Notes: a model not told the origin generated them from the letters alone. A DNA stretch of 63,034 nt, filler included, from Diploschistes diacapsis (GCA_023645945.1; 21 parts of 21 records of this genome joined end to end with filler, not necessarily neighbours in it); one strand, 5' to 3'. Counted from the whole stretch's first letter, positions 34,477 through 47,925 are shown. Program-made: numbers and translations.

Positions 34477-35425
34477 AATGCTAGCGCCTCGAACTGTCGA
34501 AGGTGCTTCTCTTGCAGATATCGGGATGCCTTGATATGGTGCGTTCATAATTGGTGACACCGGTTAACCGGTTAGCACTTCGTCTATGTATGTACGTACT
34601 TATTGTTCGTTGTATGGAAAGAATAGGGGCTCCGTTTAGGAGCGGCAGTCCCTGTTGCCACTTGAATGTAACAACGCTGCCTTTTTTATTTAGGTGCAAG
34701 ATCTGTCTCTCCTCTTATGCAGATTATGCAAGGCACGGGCTCTTCGCTTAGTGTTTAGTCAGCCGTGATTTTCGGCTGAGGTTTCAAGGGTGGGGGAGGG
34801 CACACAGACCCACAGACCAGCTGAAATTACCCAGAAGAAAGTTGGAGGGGCTGGAAACCCAGCTGCTTGGGTTTATCTCCCTCCCTCCCTACCTACCTAC
34901 CTACATAACTACCTACATACCTATCCACCACTTTAAACAAACCTTACTGGCACCCTCATGCTGTCAAACACGTGTTACCCTGCAAAACAAGCTTTTCAAC
35001 ATCCCAAGCTCAGACCTTCCTCATCTGAAAGATAAGCTGAGGGCAACTTACTGTTTTACTGTTTCGCTGTTTCTTGTTGCCGTACAAGTCAAGTTAACAC
35101 AAGTTTAACAACCTAAGTACAACCGAGGAAAGGCTGTTGTTTGTGGAACTGTGGCAAGGCACGTGGGGAGGTGGACGGTGGACGGTGGACGGGTGGGGGT
35201 TTGAAACATTCCAGATTTTCAACTTGGACCTAGTAGTGGGCAATGTATTTATTGTATTCTACCAGTTGCTGTCCATTGCCCATAACAGATAGCAGATAAC
35301 AGATAACACCCACCTTTCCTAACCTTTCCTAACCCCATGTCATGGGCCATGGGACGCTCCAGGCAAAAAAGCCAGGCTGAACTCCCCAGCCTTTTCAGGT
35401 GTGTTCAATTTCCCTTTTCGCTTTA

Positions 35426-35468
35426 TCTCTCTCTTTCCTCTCTCTCTCTCTCTCTCTCTCTCCCTCTC
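35426..35468 (+). repeat. (CT)n tract in the 5' region of the K+ transporter gene
   Basis: Read directly. Confidence 0.9.
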
Positions 35469-35563
35469 TTTGTTTTGCTAGCGTTTCCTTGCCTTCTTTG
35501 AACTGTAGACTGCCTCCACAACCTGATTCAACACATTCGACATACCGGCTACGTATCGCTACC

Positions 35564-38397
35564 ATGACAGCAACCGTAGCCTCTCCGGGCATTCACAATG
35601 CTCCCACCATTCAGATCCAGGAGCCTATTGGGCAGACGACGTCAAGGGATGAGTTGCGAAGTCCGGGCGTTGCGCATGGTATCTACCCCATGCGCAACCA
35701 TTCCTCGACAAACTCGTTTTCTCTGGATAGGACGCGGGCCCGCAGCTTCTCGAGAGCCTCGACAGTGAAGCGAACGACGACAAGCTGGGATGCCGAGTCT
35801 GGTATACATCAGGAAGGCGACTTCAAGGAGAAACAGGTATGCACGCAAATCTTGTCCTTCACCTGTGGCTTATTCAATGCCTAGATATTCCACGGGAAAG
35901 TGCTGTTCTGGTATGGAGCCATCGTTGAGCTGTTGTATCCTATCTAACTCGACGAGGCTCGCATATCAATCGATTGGTATCATCTACGGCGATATCGGAA
36001 CCAGTCCGTTATACGTCTACTCTAGCACCTTCACTTCTGCCCCTTCATATGACGATCTTCTTGGAGTTCTGTCTCTGATCATCTGGTCGCTGACATTGAT
36101 GGTCACGGCCAAATACATCCTGGTCATCTTGCACGCCGACAACGAAGGCGAGGGCGGTACTTTCAGCACCTATTCTTTACTCTCGAGATTCGTAGGCGGC
36201 CCAAAGTTGATGGAAATGGTACAGTCGGTTGACAATAACAGGCAAACATCACAAATCGCGATCCGCGCGAGATCTCCTTAGTCAAGATGCAGAGAGTCAA
36301 AACGTCGGACCTGCGGCAGTCTACCCGGAGTATCCGGCAAAGCATTGAGAACAGCCACGTCGCTAGAGGCCTGCTGAAAGCCATCGGAGTGCTGGCCGTC
36401 TCCATGGTCATGTCGGATGGAGTCCTGACCCCAGCTCAGTCGGTGCTGGGCGCGGTCCAGGGCCTCAATGTCGTTGCTCCCAGCATCACCAATGGTACCA
36501 TTGTCGGCACAACCTGCGGGATCCTCATCCTCCTGTACTTGGTCCAGCCGTTCGGAATCACCAAACTGGCAGTCACGTTTGCACCGATCATCATAATATG
36601 GCTCGGCCTCATCGCATCGTTCGGAATATACAATCTCGCCAAGTACGATCATTCGGTCCTGAAGGCCTTTTCGCCCTTCTTCGCGTTTTCCTACTTGGTC
36701 CGGAACAAGACCCAGGGTTGGCGATCGCTGGGAGGGGTTTTGCTGGCCTTCACGGGAGTCGAGGCTCTCTTTGCAGATCTCGGAGCTTTCAGCATGCACG
36801 CCATTCAACTCAGCTGGCTCTGCTGGTGTTACCCTTGCCTTCTTTTGGCCTACATTGGGCAGGCAGCCTATATTAGCGTATATCCCGACGCATACTCGAA
36901 CCCTCTGTTCAACTCCGTCCCTCCGGGAATGCTCATTCCGACCCTTGTCGTGGCTATTCTGGCGGCCATTGTGGCTTCTCAGGCCATCATCACGGCTACC
37001 TTCCAGGTGAGGGGTGCCCTTGAATTCTCTTCTGTATATCCAACAACTAACAGCCCGTCCAGCTCATAACCCAAATCATGAAACTATCTTACTTTCCCCA
37101 GATCAAGGTCGTGCATACTTCGGAACTTTTTCACGGTCAAGTTTACGTTCCGATGCTGAACTGGCTCATGATGGTCGGCACCGTGCTCGTTGCGGCCATC
37201 TACAATAACACAACCTCGCTGGGGAATGCTTACGGCGTGTGCGTCATATTCGTCACCTTCTTCGACACCTGCATGGTCACTTTAGCGGCGCTCATTGTTT
37301 GGCGCTTCCATCCGCTTGTCGTCCTTTTCCCGTTCCTCGTTTTTGCCTGTCTGGACGGGACATTTCTATCCTCGGCGCTTACCAAGGTACCCGACGGTGC
37401 TTGGTTCACGTTGACCCTTGCCGCCGTTCTCGCAGCCATGTTCATCCTTTGGAGATTCGGCAAGGAAAACCAATGGGCTGCCGAAGCAGCCGATCGTTTC
37501 AGCCTATCGACGTTATTGAGCAAGAGCAGCGACGGATTGATGAAGCTTACCGACAGATTCGGCGGGGGCGACCTCAGTCCGATCCGCGGCTTCGGTATCT
37601 TCTTCGACAAGACTGGCGAGAAGACACCGCACGTCTTCACCCAGTTCCTCAGCAAACTCGTCGCCGTTCCCGAATGCGTGGTTTTCTTCCACCTTCGGTC
37701 CCTCGAGACCCCTTCCGTACCCATCGAAGACCGCTTCGCCGTCTCACGTCTGGGCATACCCGGCGGCTACCGCCTCGTCGTGCGCCATGGTTTCATGGAC
37801 GAGGTCATCACTCCCAACCTGGCCTCTCTCATCTTCGAACAAATCCGCGATTTCGTGATTCGTCACAGCACCAACGCACCCGGGGCAGAACAGCAGGAAG
37901 GGCAGAACGAGAAGAGCCAAGCGTCCGTGCTGGAAGGCGTCGATTCTTCTTCCGCCTCTTCCGAGTACTCCGGCAATCCCGTCGCTAACGACAACACCGC
38001 CATCGACGATCCCCAAACAACCGCGAATCCCCAAGCCACCGATACTTCCATGCCCTCATCCGCCCGCCCCTCGCACGTATCCCACGCCCCTTCAAACCCC
38101 ACCACCCCTCTGCCAAGCTCGACAGCCAAGCCAGACCTTGGCCCTCTCGAACACGGGCACGAGCACCTAGACGCGCAAACAACGGCCGAGCTGCGACGGC
38201 TGGAGCACGCGTTCAGCACGCAGAGTTTGTACATTATTGGCAAGGAGAGCCTGAGAGTGAAGGAAGGGACCGGTTTTGCGCGGATGCTGGCGCTGAAGTT
38301 TTATCTTTTCTTGCGGGAGAATACGCGGACGAAGATTGCGAATCTGCATGTGCCGGTGGAGAAGGTGGTCGAGGTGGGGTTTGTCAAGGAGATGTAG
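35564..38397 (+). CDS. HAK1: High-affinity K+ transporter, HAK/KUP/KT family (5 exons)
   Basis: Motifs LAYQSIGIIYGDIGTSPLYVY, ADNEGEGGTF, DGVLTPAQSVLGAV, TGVEALFADLG, GQVYVP, LGNAYG and VVEVGFVKEM*. Micro-exon at 35885-35910. Confidence 0.95.
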
Positions 38398-39031
38398 GGG
38401 AGATGATGATGTGTGTATGGGGGGGATATTGCGGGAGAGATGATCGAGAGAGCGATTTTTGGTATGCGCTTTGGGGACATGGGTGGCTGGAAATAGTGTA
38501 TGCACTGGGCAGCAGGCAGTGGGTAGCGGATATCAATGATTACCATCTGGATACGACGGACATATTATAGAGCGTAGATTCGCGCCGATAACCGACCAAC
38601 CTACGAGGTTTCTTTCTACCTTGGGAGTTTGACTCATAACACTACCTGCCTGTACCTTACCTCCCTACGTGTGCTATCTAGACCCGGGGGACTTTTTTTT
38701 CTTTGACGCCAAAGTTTGTTTTTTTTTCTTTCCTCGCCTCCCCTTCTCGCTGGTACCCGACCCCGTTTCCGTGCTCGGTGTTTTGGATCCAGTAGATTAT
38801 CTGTGTCTATTTTGTGTATATACGGGGATGCAATGCAATACAAGCAGGTAGCTAGCTACTGAGACACCCACGGACGTTGGACAGAACGTCTTGGGAGGGG
38901 TAGGGGGTGTTGCGGGGGCCCCCCTCCCTCCNNNNNNNNNNNNNNNNNNNNNNNNNNNNNNNNNNNNNNNNNNNNTTAATTAATTAANNNNNNNNNNNNN
39001 NNNNNNNNNNNNNNNNNNNNNNNNNNNNNNN

Positions 39032-39748
39032 CGCTTACCTAGCGCCGAATTACTGTATTCTAAATTTATAAAGGGATCGGAGCTGTATTATTACGAGATA
39101 TACCGTATTACGCTCGTTATATGGACGAATACGAAGTAAATAAAGAATTCGAGATTATCTGTTATTGTATTAATAAGATAAACAGTCCGAGTACATTAAA
39201 TATCTTGAATTTAAAAACAGGTCGAATTAATTATAATTATAATCGTCTTTAACGTTTTTATTCTCATAAACGGGGGATATCAATTATTATCGTCGAAAGT
39301 GTTTTAAAAGATTATTAGTAAAAATCTGAACGTTTTCGCGTTAATGTTATTTAATACTAAACTTATACTAGACCAGATATCGCACTTATTAATAAAAGGT
39401 TAATTTAATATATAATTAATCTGTGTATCTATTATTTATATGCTTTGAAGGGATTGCTCCGTTATATTCGAAGAATAAAAGATATTAAGGTTTCATTTAA
39501 TATTAAACCTGACCTTGCGAAATTACGAGGGTATTCCGATGCAGATTATAGAGGAAATAAATTAAATGGTAAATCTATATATGGACATATCTTTCAGCTA
39601 TACGGTGGATCAATATCCTAAATAAGCAAAAAATAGAATTCACTTTTGATATCAACTACAAAAACTGAATATTGGTTTATTTTACGCCGCTCAGTAAGCC
39701 CTATAGTGCTCGCAGTTATTAAAAGATATTGGTTATTTTGACCTTGTA
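39032..39748 (+). mobile_element. Ty1/copia RT-RNase H relic, RIP-mutated
   Basis: Translates to YTRPDIA and GYSDADYRGNKLNGKSIYGHIF..GGSIS*ISKK*..STTKTEY, with Trp/Gln codons converted to stops. Confidence 0.9.
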
Positions 39749-40203
39749 CATCACGAAAAGTTTTTCAAGCAAAAATTTTTTTCTGGCGAAAGTGCCTGTT
39801 TCGCGGGTTTCGCCCATTTCGCCAGCTTTTGCTAAAACGTTTGGCGAAACATGGCGAAACTGGCGAAACTGGCGAAACTAGCGAAACCGGCGAAGATGGC
39901 GAGGCCAATCATTTTTATTACGTAATCAAAAAATAAAAAAGCATTTTTTTAATATTTAAGAAAAAATATTAAAAAATCCGCTAATTTAGCGCCGGATAAC
40001 TAGCGTTAAAAACTCGCTAAAGCTCTCATGCCGCCAATATCCACGCTTACGTAATATAAATACGCCATTCTTAACATTTTCGCGACAATATATAGTAATT
40101 GATAAACCCCGTTAAATCCGATACCACTAATACTAATTGTTTCGAATATTATAAATAATTTATTAACTTAGAGAAAATACTTTATATAATATAATAATAA
40201 TAA
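39749..40203 (+). mobile_element. DNA-transposon-like terminus with tandem GGCGAAAC(T) subterminal repeats, inserted in copia
   Basis: Starts CATCACGAAAAGTTTT; five to six tandem 9-10-bp units at 39843-39900. Related to 19191. Confidence 0.55.
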
Positions 40204-40303
40204 NNNNNNNNNNNNNNNNNNNNNNNNNNNNNNNNNNNNNNNNNNNNTTAATTAATTAANNNNNNNNNNNNNNNNNNNNNNNNNNNNNNNNNNNNNNNNN
40301 NNN

Positions 40304-41056
40304 AATAACGACGTTATAAATCTCGATACTTTAATTAACAAATTTCGGCCCAATTAAAAGAAAGAAACTAAAAAATTCAACGAAGGACCTTCAATTAAAA
40401 GAAAGAAGTATTTTAAATATAACAAAATAAGTTACTTCGCTCGAGATTATCGATCTAAGAACAAAATCGTTAAAAAAGATATCTTAATCGTAATAAATTA
40501 TTATCTTAACGTAACTACAATTATTCTTATAAAGAACTATCCGATCGACGGATAATCCTAAAAGGAAATTATAATTAATTCGGATACCATAACCTAGCAA
40601 AACGATACCGACGATTTAATTAATAAAGATACCGAAACCACGTTTTTACTAATTATAACATCAATCACGTAGGTTTCGAAAAACAACGATATTTTAAATC
40701 AAAATATAACGGAATATAGGAAATCGGTTTAAACGTGCGATCCAATCTTTAACGTTAAATTAAATACTCGAAAACCTTTAAAAACTAATTTAAGCAAAGA
40801 AACAGCGTATATGTTTCGTACTCCAAGAAAAATCATAAACAAAGAAAAGTATCTTTAAAGGAAAGCTCTTATCGTTAACAATCGAAAACATCCCGACCAT
40901 ATATTCTTTAACGAATGCGAAGACTTCGGATACGATTACGCCAAACACGAAACATTGATATATATTTTTTACAAAAAATTAATTATTAACGCAATATTTC
41001 AACGATACTATTAAAAAATATTATATAATAATTAATACGAAAACTATTATCTTCTA
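40304..41056 (+). mobile_element. Retrotransposon gag relic with RIP-mutated CCHC knuckle
   Basis: Reads RKYFKYNKISYFARDYRSK here, KKCFKYSNVGHFARDCRFK at ~45020, and a third copy lies at ~58200 on the minus strand. Confidence 0.7.
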
Positions 41057-41058
41057 TA

Positions 41059-41475
41059 ACGTGTTTGACGGTGAGTCCGGCCACCCCCAGAGTCCGGCCA
41101 CCTCAAATCACTACCGCCAACATTCTACGGTTTTTAGATATAACCTATTCGTCGTAATTAGAATCTAATCGATCTAAATCGAATCTATTTTTTCCTTTTT
41201 ATCCTCCTCGATTTCAAAAATGCGACGACGTTTTTTGCGCGTTACAGATCGTTTCGAAACTGTTCGACTCGATTTAACCCGAACTGTTATTTTAAAAACT
41301 TCGTTTATGTTAAACATAAAACGACCTTTTAATTCGATTCGTTTGCTTAATTTACGTTTTTTATAATTATTAAGAAACGTTTTTTGCTTTCGGTTTTCTT
41401 TACGAAACGTTATAAACTTAATATACGTCGATTTAAACATACGGGTTATTCGATTCGAATAACGTCGAATCGGAC
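41059..41475 (-). mobile_element. Fot1/pogo-type transposon 3' end, family 2
   Basis: TA followed by the TIR ACGTGTTTGACGGTGAGTCCGGCCACCCCCAGAGTCCGGCCACC, then the transposase C-terminus on the minus strand. Copies at 44559 (reversed), 48682 and 58412. Confidence 0.85.
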
Positions 41476-41575
41476 NNNNNNNNNNNNNNNNNNNNNNNNN
41501 NNNNNNNNNNNNNNNNNNNTTAATTAATTAANNNNNNNNNNNNNNNNNNNNNNNNNNNNNNNNNNNNNNNNNNNN

Positions 41576-42034
41576 CCCCTAAGGGCGTAAAAATGGACTT
41601 TAAGAAAATTAAAGTTATTAAAAACTGGCCTCGATTTAAGTTAAATAAGGAAACGAAAGCTATACGAAATTATTTAAAATTCGTTAATTTTTACCGACGG
41701 TTTATTTTTAATTTTAGTAAGATTGCTAAACCCCTTTATAACTTAATTAAGATAAATATAGCGGGGGTCTGGGATAATAATAAAAAAAAGTATTCGTTAT
41801 CTTGAAGGAGGCCGTGTCCTTTGAATTAATAATAATGTATTTCGATTTAAACAAGCGATTCCTAATAAAATACGACGTTAGCGATATAATTACCGGGGGT
41901 ATCTTATTTTAGGAAATCGATGACGGCCTATTACAACCCGTGGTCTATTTATTTAAAAATATGGATCCGGTTTAACGCAATTATGCGATATATGATAAAA
42001 AAATGCTCGCCATAATAAGATATTTCGAGGAATA
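41576..42034 (+). mobile_element. Ty3/gypsy RT-RNase H relic
   Basis: Reads KNWP..NFYRRFI.NFSKIAKPL and YAIYDKKMLAII. Interrupted by LTR A. Confidence 0.88.
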
Positions 42035-42488
42035 TGTTATGATCTCTATCTATACAAGGTATACACGAGTAGGATTAAGGTGGGTTTGGTTTCTGTTAAA
42101 AGAGGAGTGTGGTAGGAAAAGAAGATAGAATAATCATAGATTTTGGATTGTTTCTAAAAAAAAGGCTCTAAGATAATAAAGATAACGAATATAGATTAAT
42201 CCCGAATAATAATTTAAGATATTTATAAAAATAAACACGTTTTCTTCCACGAAAATAAAGTCGTGCCTATATATAATTAGCTCGCTCGCCGCTTATCGTA
42301 AGCTTAACGAACGGTACCTTCGAAGCTCGCCGCTCACGAGAATGAACGCGATTATCGAGCGGTGGCGAAACCCGCTCGCCACTCACGAGAATAAGCAAAA
42401 ATAGTAAACGCATCACGTGACCTTTGGTCCCGTAACTAATTTATATATAAAACTAAGACGTGCTAAGTCTAATACTTGGATCGTAATA
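42035..42488 (-). mobile_element. Complete gypsy LTR family A (~454 bp), the 3' LTR of a nested element
   Basis: Both LTR ends are present (TGTTATG.. and ..GATCGTAATA, a RIP form of GATCGTAACA). Followed by TTATCCCTTTTCTTT, a polypurine tract on the minus strand. Confidence 0.82.
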
Positions 42489-42847
42489 TTATCCCTTTTC
42501 TTTAATATTATCGGCCCGATGATTCGTCGAAAGATCTAATATAAGTATTAAATAAAAAAGAATCCTAAATCGTAAAATAACGATATCTTTTTTAATTTCT
42601 CGTAATCGATTCGTCGAACGAATCTAATTTTCCCGTTTTATCGCTCGTTATAAAATCTTTATTATTTTTTTTATAAATATTGTTCTTTTAACGATAAGTT
42701 CTGTTTCGTTATGTTATTTAGTTTTAGAATCTTAAAGTATTCGGAATNNNNNNNNNNNNNNNNNNNNNNNNNNNNNNNNNNNNNNNNNNNNTTAATTAAT
42801 TAANNNNNNNNNNNNNNNNNNNNNNNNNNNNNNNNNNNNNNNNNNNN

Positions 42848-43663
42848 CACGTTATTATTAATAATAAACTTCGTTTAGGAATGTTTGTTATACGAATCTA
42901 TCGGTTTCTGTCTTTGTGAAATAAAATAAGGATACTGTTCCCGATGATTATCGACTGGAATAAAAGAATAACGGAAGATCGATTAACGCTAGAAATATAA
43001 AATAAGAAATAAGCTATATAATGGATTAAAAGAATTAAATAAGTATAAGCATTCGTAAAGATTAATATAATATAACTATAATGATAATAAATTATTTAAA
43101 TTAATAAACATCGAAGATCGAAAGATTTCGATATTAGAAATTGCGTTTACGTTATAACGATAAATATAAAACTAATAGACTATCGAAGAAACTAAATAGC
43201 CAAAAATCGGAATTAAGAAAGATTATTAATAAGAAAGGTAATACTTATGTGCTAGATTTATCGAAGTAATAGAAACTACACCCGATATTCTTTTTAAATA
43301 AGTTTAAAAAACTGTTCAAGATTTTTTCTTAAGATAATAGAACGAACTTAAATTATCTATCGAGATAAATAACGAATTGCAATAGGAGGTCGAAGAAATA
43401 CTAGCTTCGGAATTGAAAGAAAGAAGTTTTTATTATCGAGTTAAACGGCTGAATTACGATAAAGATTCTGTATAATATCTTATAAGTGATTTTAAAGGTT
43501 CCTTTCGATTACTTAAAGCATATTATAACCGGTAACCCGAAAAATCATGATCATTAAAGAATTTAAAGAAATAAACTAAATTGTTTAATAAAAAAATTAT
43601 CATTTTTAATAATAAAAACGATAATAGATTAAATTCGAGACGAAGTTTAAAAAAACAGAATGA
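42848..43663 (+). mobile_element. Chromovirus (Ty3/gypsy) integrase C-terminus with chromodomain, RIP-mutated
   Basis: Reads LHPIF and *EVEEILAS..YYRVKRLNYD (chromodomain WEVEEIL..Y.VKW.GY) at ~43383, then a purine tract. Confidence 0.8.
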
Positions 43664-44117
43664 TATAACGAACTAATAATATCGACCGTTGATAAATAAT
43701 CGACGCGTAATTGATATATCGTTAACACGAAATTATTAATATATTTAAACTCGTTAATGACTTAAATATTAATTTATTATCGACGAGTAATTGATACGTA
43801 ATTATTTCGTTATTAACTCGTCGTGATATATCAGGATTAATTAAATAATTAAAGCTATTAGCGTCACCCATCCATCCGACTATTTAGTTTGAGCGATAGT
43901 TATAATTTGACTTTTCTTCTTCACAGTAGTTTTAGCTAACAAACATACATTCTCGCGCGGGCTTTGCTGCTTTGCATATGTGATTATTATCGCTCGATAC
44001 AGGAATAAGAATAAACGNNNNNNNNNNNNNNNNNNNNNNNNNNNNNNNNNNNNNNNNNNNNTTAATTAATTAANNNNNNNNNNNNNNNNNNNNNNNNNNN
44101 NNNNNNNNNNNNNNNNN

Positions 44118-44559
44118 GTTATAATCCGTTTTACAATTAATTAACCCGATTCGAACTTATTCGAATCGAATAATTCGTATGTTTAAATAGATGTATATTA
44201 AATTTATAACGTTTCGTAAAGAAAACCGAAAATACAAAGTTCTTTTTAATAATCGTAAAAAACGTAAATTAAACAAACGAATCAGGTAAAAGATCGTTTA
44301 TATTTAATTTAAATGAAGTTTTTAAAATAATAATTCGGGTTAAATCGAATCGGATAATTTCGAAATAATTTATAACGCGTAAAAAACGTCGTCACGTTTT
44401 TAAAATCGAGACATATAAAGAGGAAAAAGATTAATTTAATTCGGATTAATTAGATTCTAATTGCGACGAATAAATTATATTTAAAAACCTTAGAATGTTA
44501 GCGGTAGTAATTTAAGGTGACCGGAATCTAGGGGTGGCCGGACTCCCCGTTAAACACGT
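44118..44559 (+). mobile_element. Fot1/pogo family 2 3' end
   Basis: Reverse complement of the 41059 element; ends ..AAACACGT followed by TA. Confidence 0.85.
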
Positions 44560-44819
44560 TATATTAAGTTAATTATTTAACCTATAATACTAAGTAATGA
44601 GGGAATTGTATAAATAGTTTTGAAGGACCAGAACAAGAAAGGGAGAAATAATTGTAAGATTAAGCTGAGAGAACGCCGAGGACGTTAAGAGTTTAAGCGG
44701 CATTCAGGGTCTTGGCTGGCTGGTACTTGAAGGGGGATTTTGCCTTTTTTACTCTCTTCTCTTCTTTAGTAATTACTTTTAGCATGAATTTATTCAGTTA
44801 AAGCCATGTTGTCACATTG

Positions 44820-45287
44820 TCCTATTTTATCCTTTATAGTTTTCAACGAAAAGAAAATGTAAGCTTAAGATCCCGATACCGTATTAACTACGTGAAAAAG
44901 ATATAAAATCTAAAATACACGTATAATGATCTTATAGATCTCATTATTTTAAATAACAGATTTAGTCCCTATTAAAAAAAAGGAGTTAAAGCATTTAGCG
45001 GAAGGTTTTTAATTAAAGTAAAGAAATGTTTCAAATATAGCAACGTAGGTCATTTCGCCCGAGATTGCCGATTTAAGAATAAGATCGTTAGACAAAATAT
45101 CTTAACCGCGATAGATTAATATTTCAACGTAATTACGTTATATCTTATAAAGGATTCAACGATAGACGGATGTTTTTAAAGGAAGTTATAGTTGATTCGG
45201 ATACTATAGCTTAGGAAAACGATATCGACGATTTTATTCATTTAATTGCCGAAATCACGGTTATTAATATTATAGTATCAATTAATA
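44820..45287 (+). mobile_element. Retrotransposon gag relic (CCHC knuckle partly intact)
   Basis: KKCFKYSNVGHFARDCR at ~45020-45070; homologous to 40400-40660. Confidence 0.7.
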
Positions 45288-45839
45288 NNNNNNNNNNNNN
45301 NNNNNNNNNNNNNNNNNNNNNNNNNNNNNNNTTAATTAATTAANNNNNNNNNNNNNNNNNNNNNNNNNNNNNNNNNNNNNNNNNNNNTATCTGTTCGCAA
45401 TCTAATCTTCTGAATGTATCTTAATTAAATTCTATTTTTTTATCTTCTTAATATTGGTAGGCTATTTAAGGATAATTAGATATCTCATTTATTTCTTTTT
45501 TCATATTTTTATAAATAATATCTTTTTGTTATGCTTGGAAGTTTTAGATCGTAACCTTTTCCTTACCTTTTGTAAGATATCAAAGGGTCCTTAGATAAGT
45601 CCTCAAATTGGCCTTTATTATAAATATAAAACGCGTTGTCTAGGGGGACTTCTCTTGCTGTAGTAGGTAGGTGGTCGTAGGTGATGTAGTAAAGGAGTGT
45701 AGTGTGTTCTTGTGATCAAGAACATAGTTAGGTAGGGAATTGGTGAAGTGTAGGATGTATGAATTGTTTAGGGCTATCTAGTAGGCCTCCTTAAATGGGG
45801 CTGCCCTAAGGGGATTACCCTTACCAAGTCTACCGCCCA

Positions 45840-46132
45840 CTTTTATGTTTATAATAGAAGTTAAATATAGTAGTTTATCTAACGCCGTTAAATAGGTTTT
45901 ATGATGTTTATAATTTTTGAGAGATATTGGCTATTCTGACCTTATAGAATCATTTTTATATATTATTAATTTATTCGGTGAAAATATTGGTTTTCTAGAT
46001 CTGATAAAACACGCGAGGATTAACGATCGTTTAAAGTACGTCGATATTGTTTATTATTACGTACGAGATCTTGTTAAGTAAGGACGCATTAAAGTGTCTT
46101 ATGTTTTTACCGATAAAATGGTTGTTGATGGG
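45840..46132 (+). mobile_element. Ty1/copia RNase H relic
   Basis: Reads RLKYVDIVYYYVRDLVK..PTDKMVVDG-like; homologous to 62560-62800 on the minus strand. Confidence 0.75.
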
Positions 46133-46556
46133 TGTTATAATCCAGGGTACTAGGCAGTCACCTGGCACGTCACAGCTAGTCGGGCACTTCCTAATCATTC
46201 CTTGTATATAGCTAATCACGGACGCTAGGTCACGTGACTGACAAATATTTAGTAATAGACATCTGTTAGAGATAAATCTGCCTAAATAGTTATCTATCAG
46301 TAATAGTTCTGTCGTAGTAGTTTTATTATCGGCAATCAGCTGTCGTCCTAAATTATATACGAACACCGCCATAACTCTCGTAAATCGGGACGTGTTTATT
46401 TTTATAAATATTTTTAACGATTGCTCGAGATTAATCTATATTCGTTGTTCTTTATTAACGGATAATAATCTTTTTAAAAATTAATATAGATTTATAACCG
46501 ATTTATTTCTTTTTTTACCACAGTTCTTTTTTAATAGAGATCAAATCACCTTAATC
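46133..46556 (+). mobile_element. Variant of LTR family A inserted in copia
   Basis: Starts TGTTATAATCCAGGGTAC; the distal part matches the reverse complement of the 19253/42035 LTR end. Confidence 0.7.
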
Positions 46557-46656
46557 NNNNNNNNNNNNNNNNNNNNNNNNNNNNNNNNNNNNNNNNNNNN
46601 TTAATTAATTAANNNNNNNNNNNNNNNNNNNNNNNNNNNNNNNNNNNNNNNNNNNN

Positions 46657-47114
46657 AGTTAATTGATATATAGACCAAAAGCATTTCTAAATTAACGTAT
46701 AAAATAATAATTCTTGAAATCAAGGTTAAGATATTTCGTACGGTAAATGAAGTATTTAATAAACGAAAAAAAATTTAAAAAACGCGCGTACGAGCTAAAG
46801 AATTATTTAACGTATTAGAAATAATCGTATTATATAGTCTTTAAAGATCGAAATTTGTATAGAAGAGGCTGATATATTAAAAAATAAAAGTCGTACGAAG
46901 GAAGTCGGATTACGCGTACGACATTATAATAAATATAATCAGTCCGGATATAATGCGCGAACTTACGAAATAGAATCTATAACTTTTAAAGAAAATACCG
47001 ATAATTAATATAATAAATTATCGTACGAATTGATTGCGTAAAAGTAGTTGCAAGTCGTACGAATCGAGGAGGGTGTCCGTTCGCTCTGAGTATCCGCTCG
47101 CTATGCATATACGT
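46657..47114 (+). mobile_element. Fot1/pogo family 1 transposase C-terminus and right TIR
   Basis: RHYNKYNQSGYNARTY is a RIP form of a CxxCxxxGHNxRTC knuckle. The TIR ends ..GCATATACGT followed by TA. Confidence 0.85.
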
Positions 47115-47329
47115 TATATAACGAAACGATTAAATAATTTATATAATATCGATTAAATTCGAATAATTTATAGTTTCTATAATCGTCCAATATCAAAAAT
47201 CGATATATATCTTTTATACGAATATATATATACTTATTAAAAACCTTTTTAAGCCATTTAAGATTTAATATATCGTTTGTCTAATTTATTTTATTAACTC
47301 CGATTGTCCAATCTTTTAAAAAACGTCGT

Positions 47330-47825
47330 TGAAACGCCAACGCAGGAGTGGAATACTACACTACCGGGGGCTGGGCCTGATCCGGAAGGATTACGTGTAG
47401 CTAGGTATCTGCAGGTAAAAGGTCTCGATTCGAAAAGCTAGAGAGGAAACTATCTAAATGGGAGGGTGGCAGGAATAAATAGTGTGTAGGTGCCAACCTT
47501 ACGGGGTTCGGGTCCTACCCGCCTATATAATTACCCCCTAACATCCTTGGCACGGTTGGTACCCGTCATATAATCCTGCCGTTATATGGCCCCGGTGGCT
47601 TGGCACGCCTAAACTAATCTATCTTATTATTTCCTTTTCTAGATGTTTGTGTTTTTTATAAGCGCGATAATGCCTTTTTTAGTTAATATTTATCTCGATT
47701 TTTATCTCTTTCGTTAATTTATTTAAAAAGATACTCGTTATTTTTTTATAATAGATGTTATCGTTTTTTTAAATCTCTTTTAACGGTATCTTTATTTAAA
47801 TATATTTTTAAATTTTATAAAAGAA
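47330..47825 (+). mobile_element. Repeat family B (probable LTR; terminus TGAAACGCCAGCGCAGG)
   Basis: The same terminus occurs at 58260 and reversed at 51028, 54732 and 61339, each with different flanks. Confidence 0.7.
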
Positions 47826-47925
47826 NNNNNNNNNNNNNNNNNNNNNNNNNNNNNNNNNNNNNNNNNNNNTTAATTAATTAANNNNNNNNNNNNNNNNNNN
47901 NNNNNNNNNNNNNNNNNNNNNNNNN

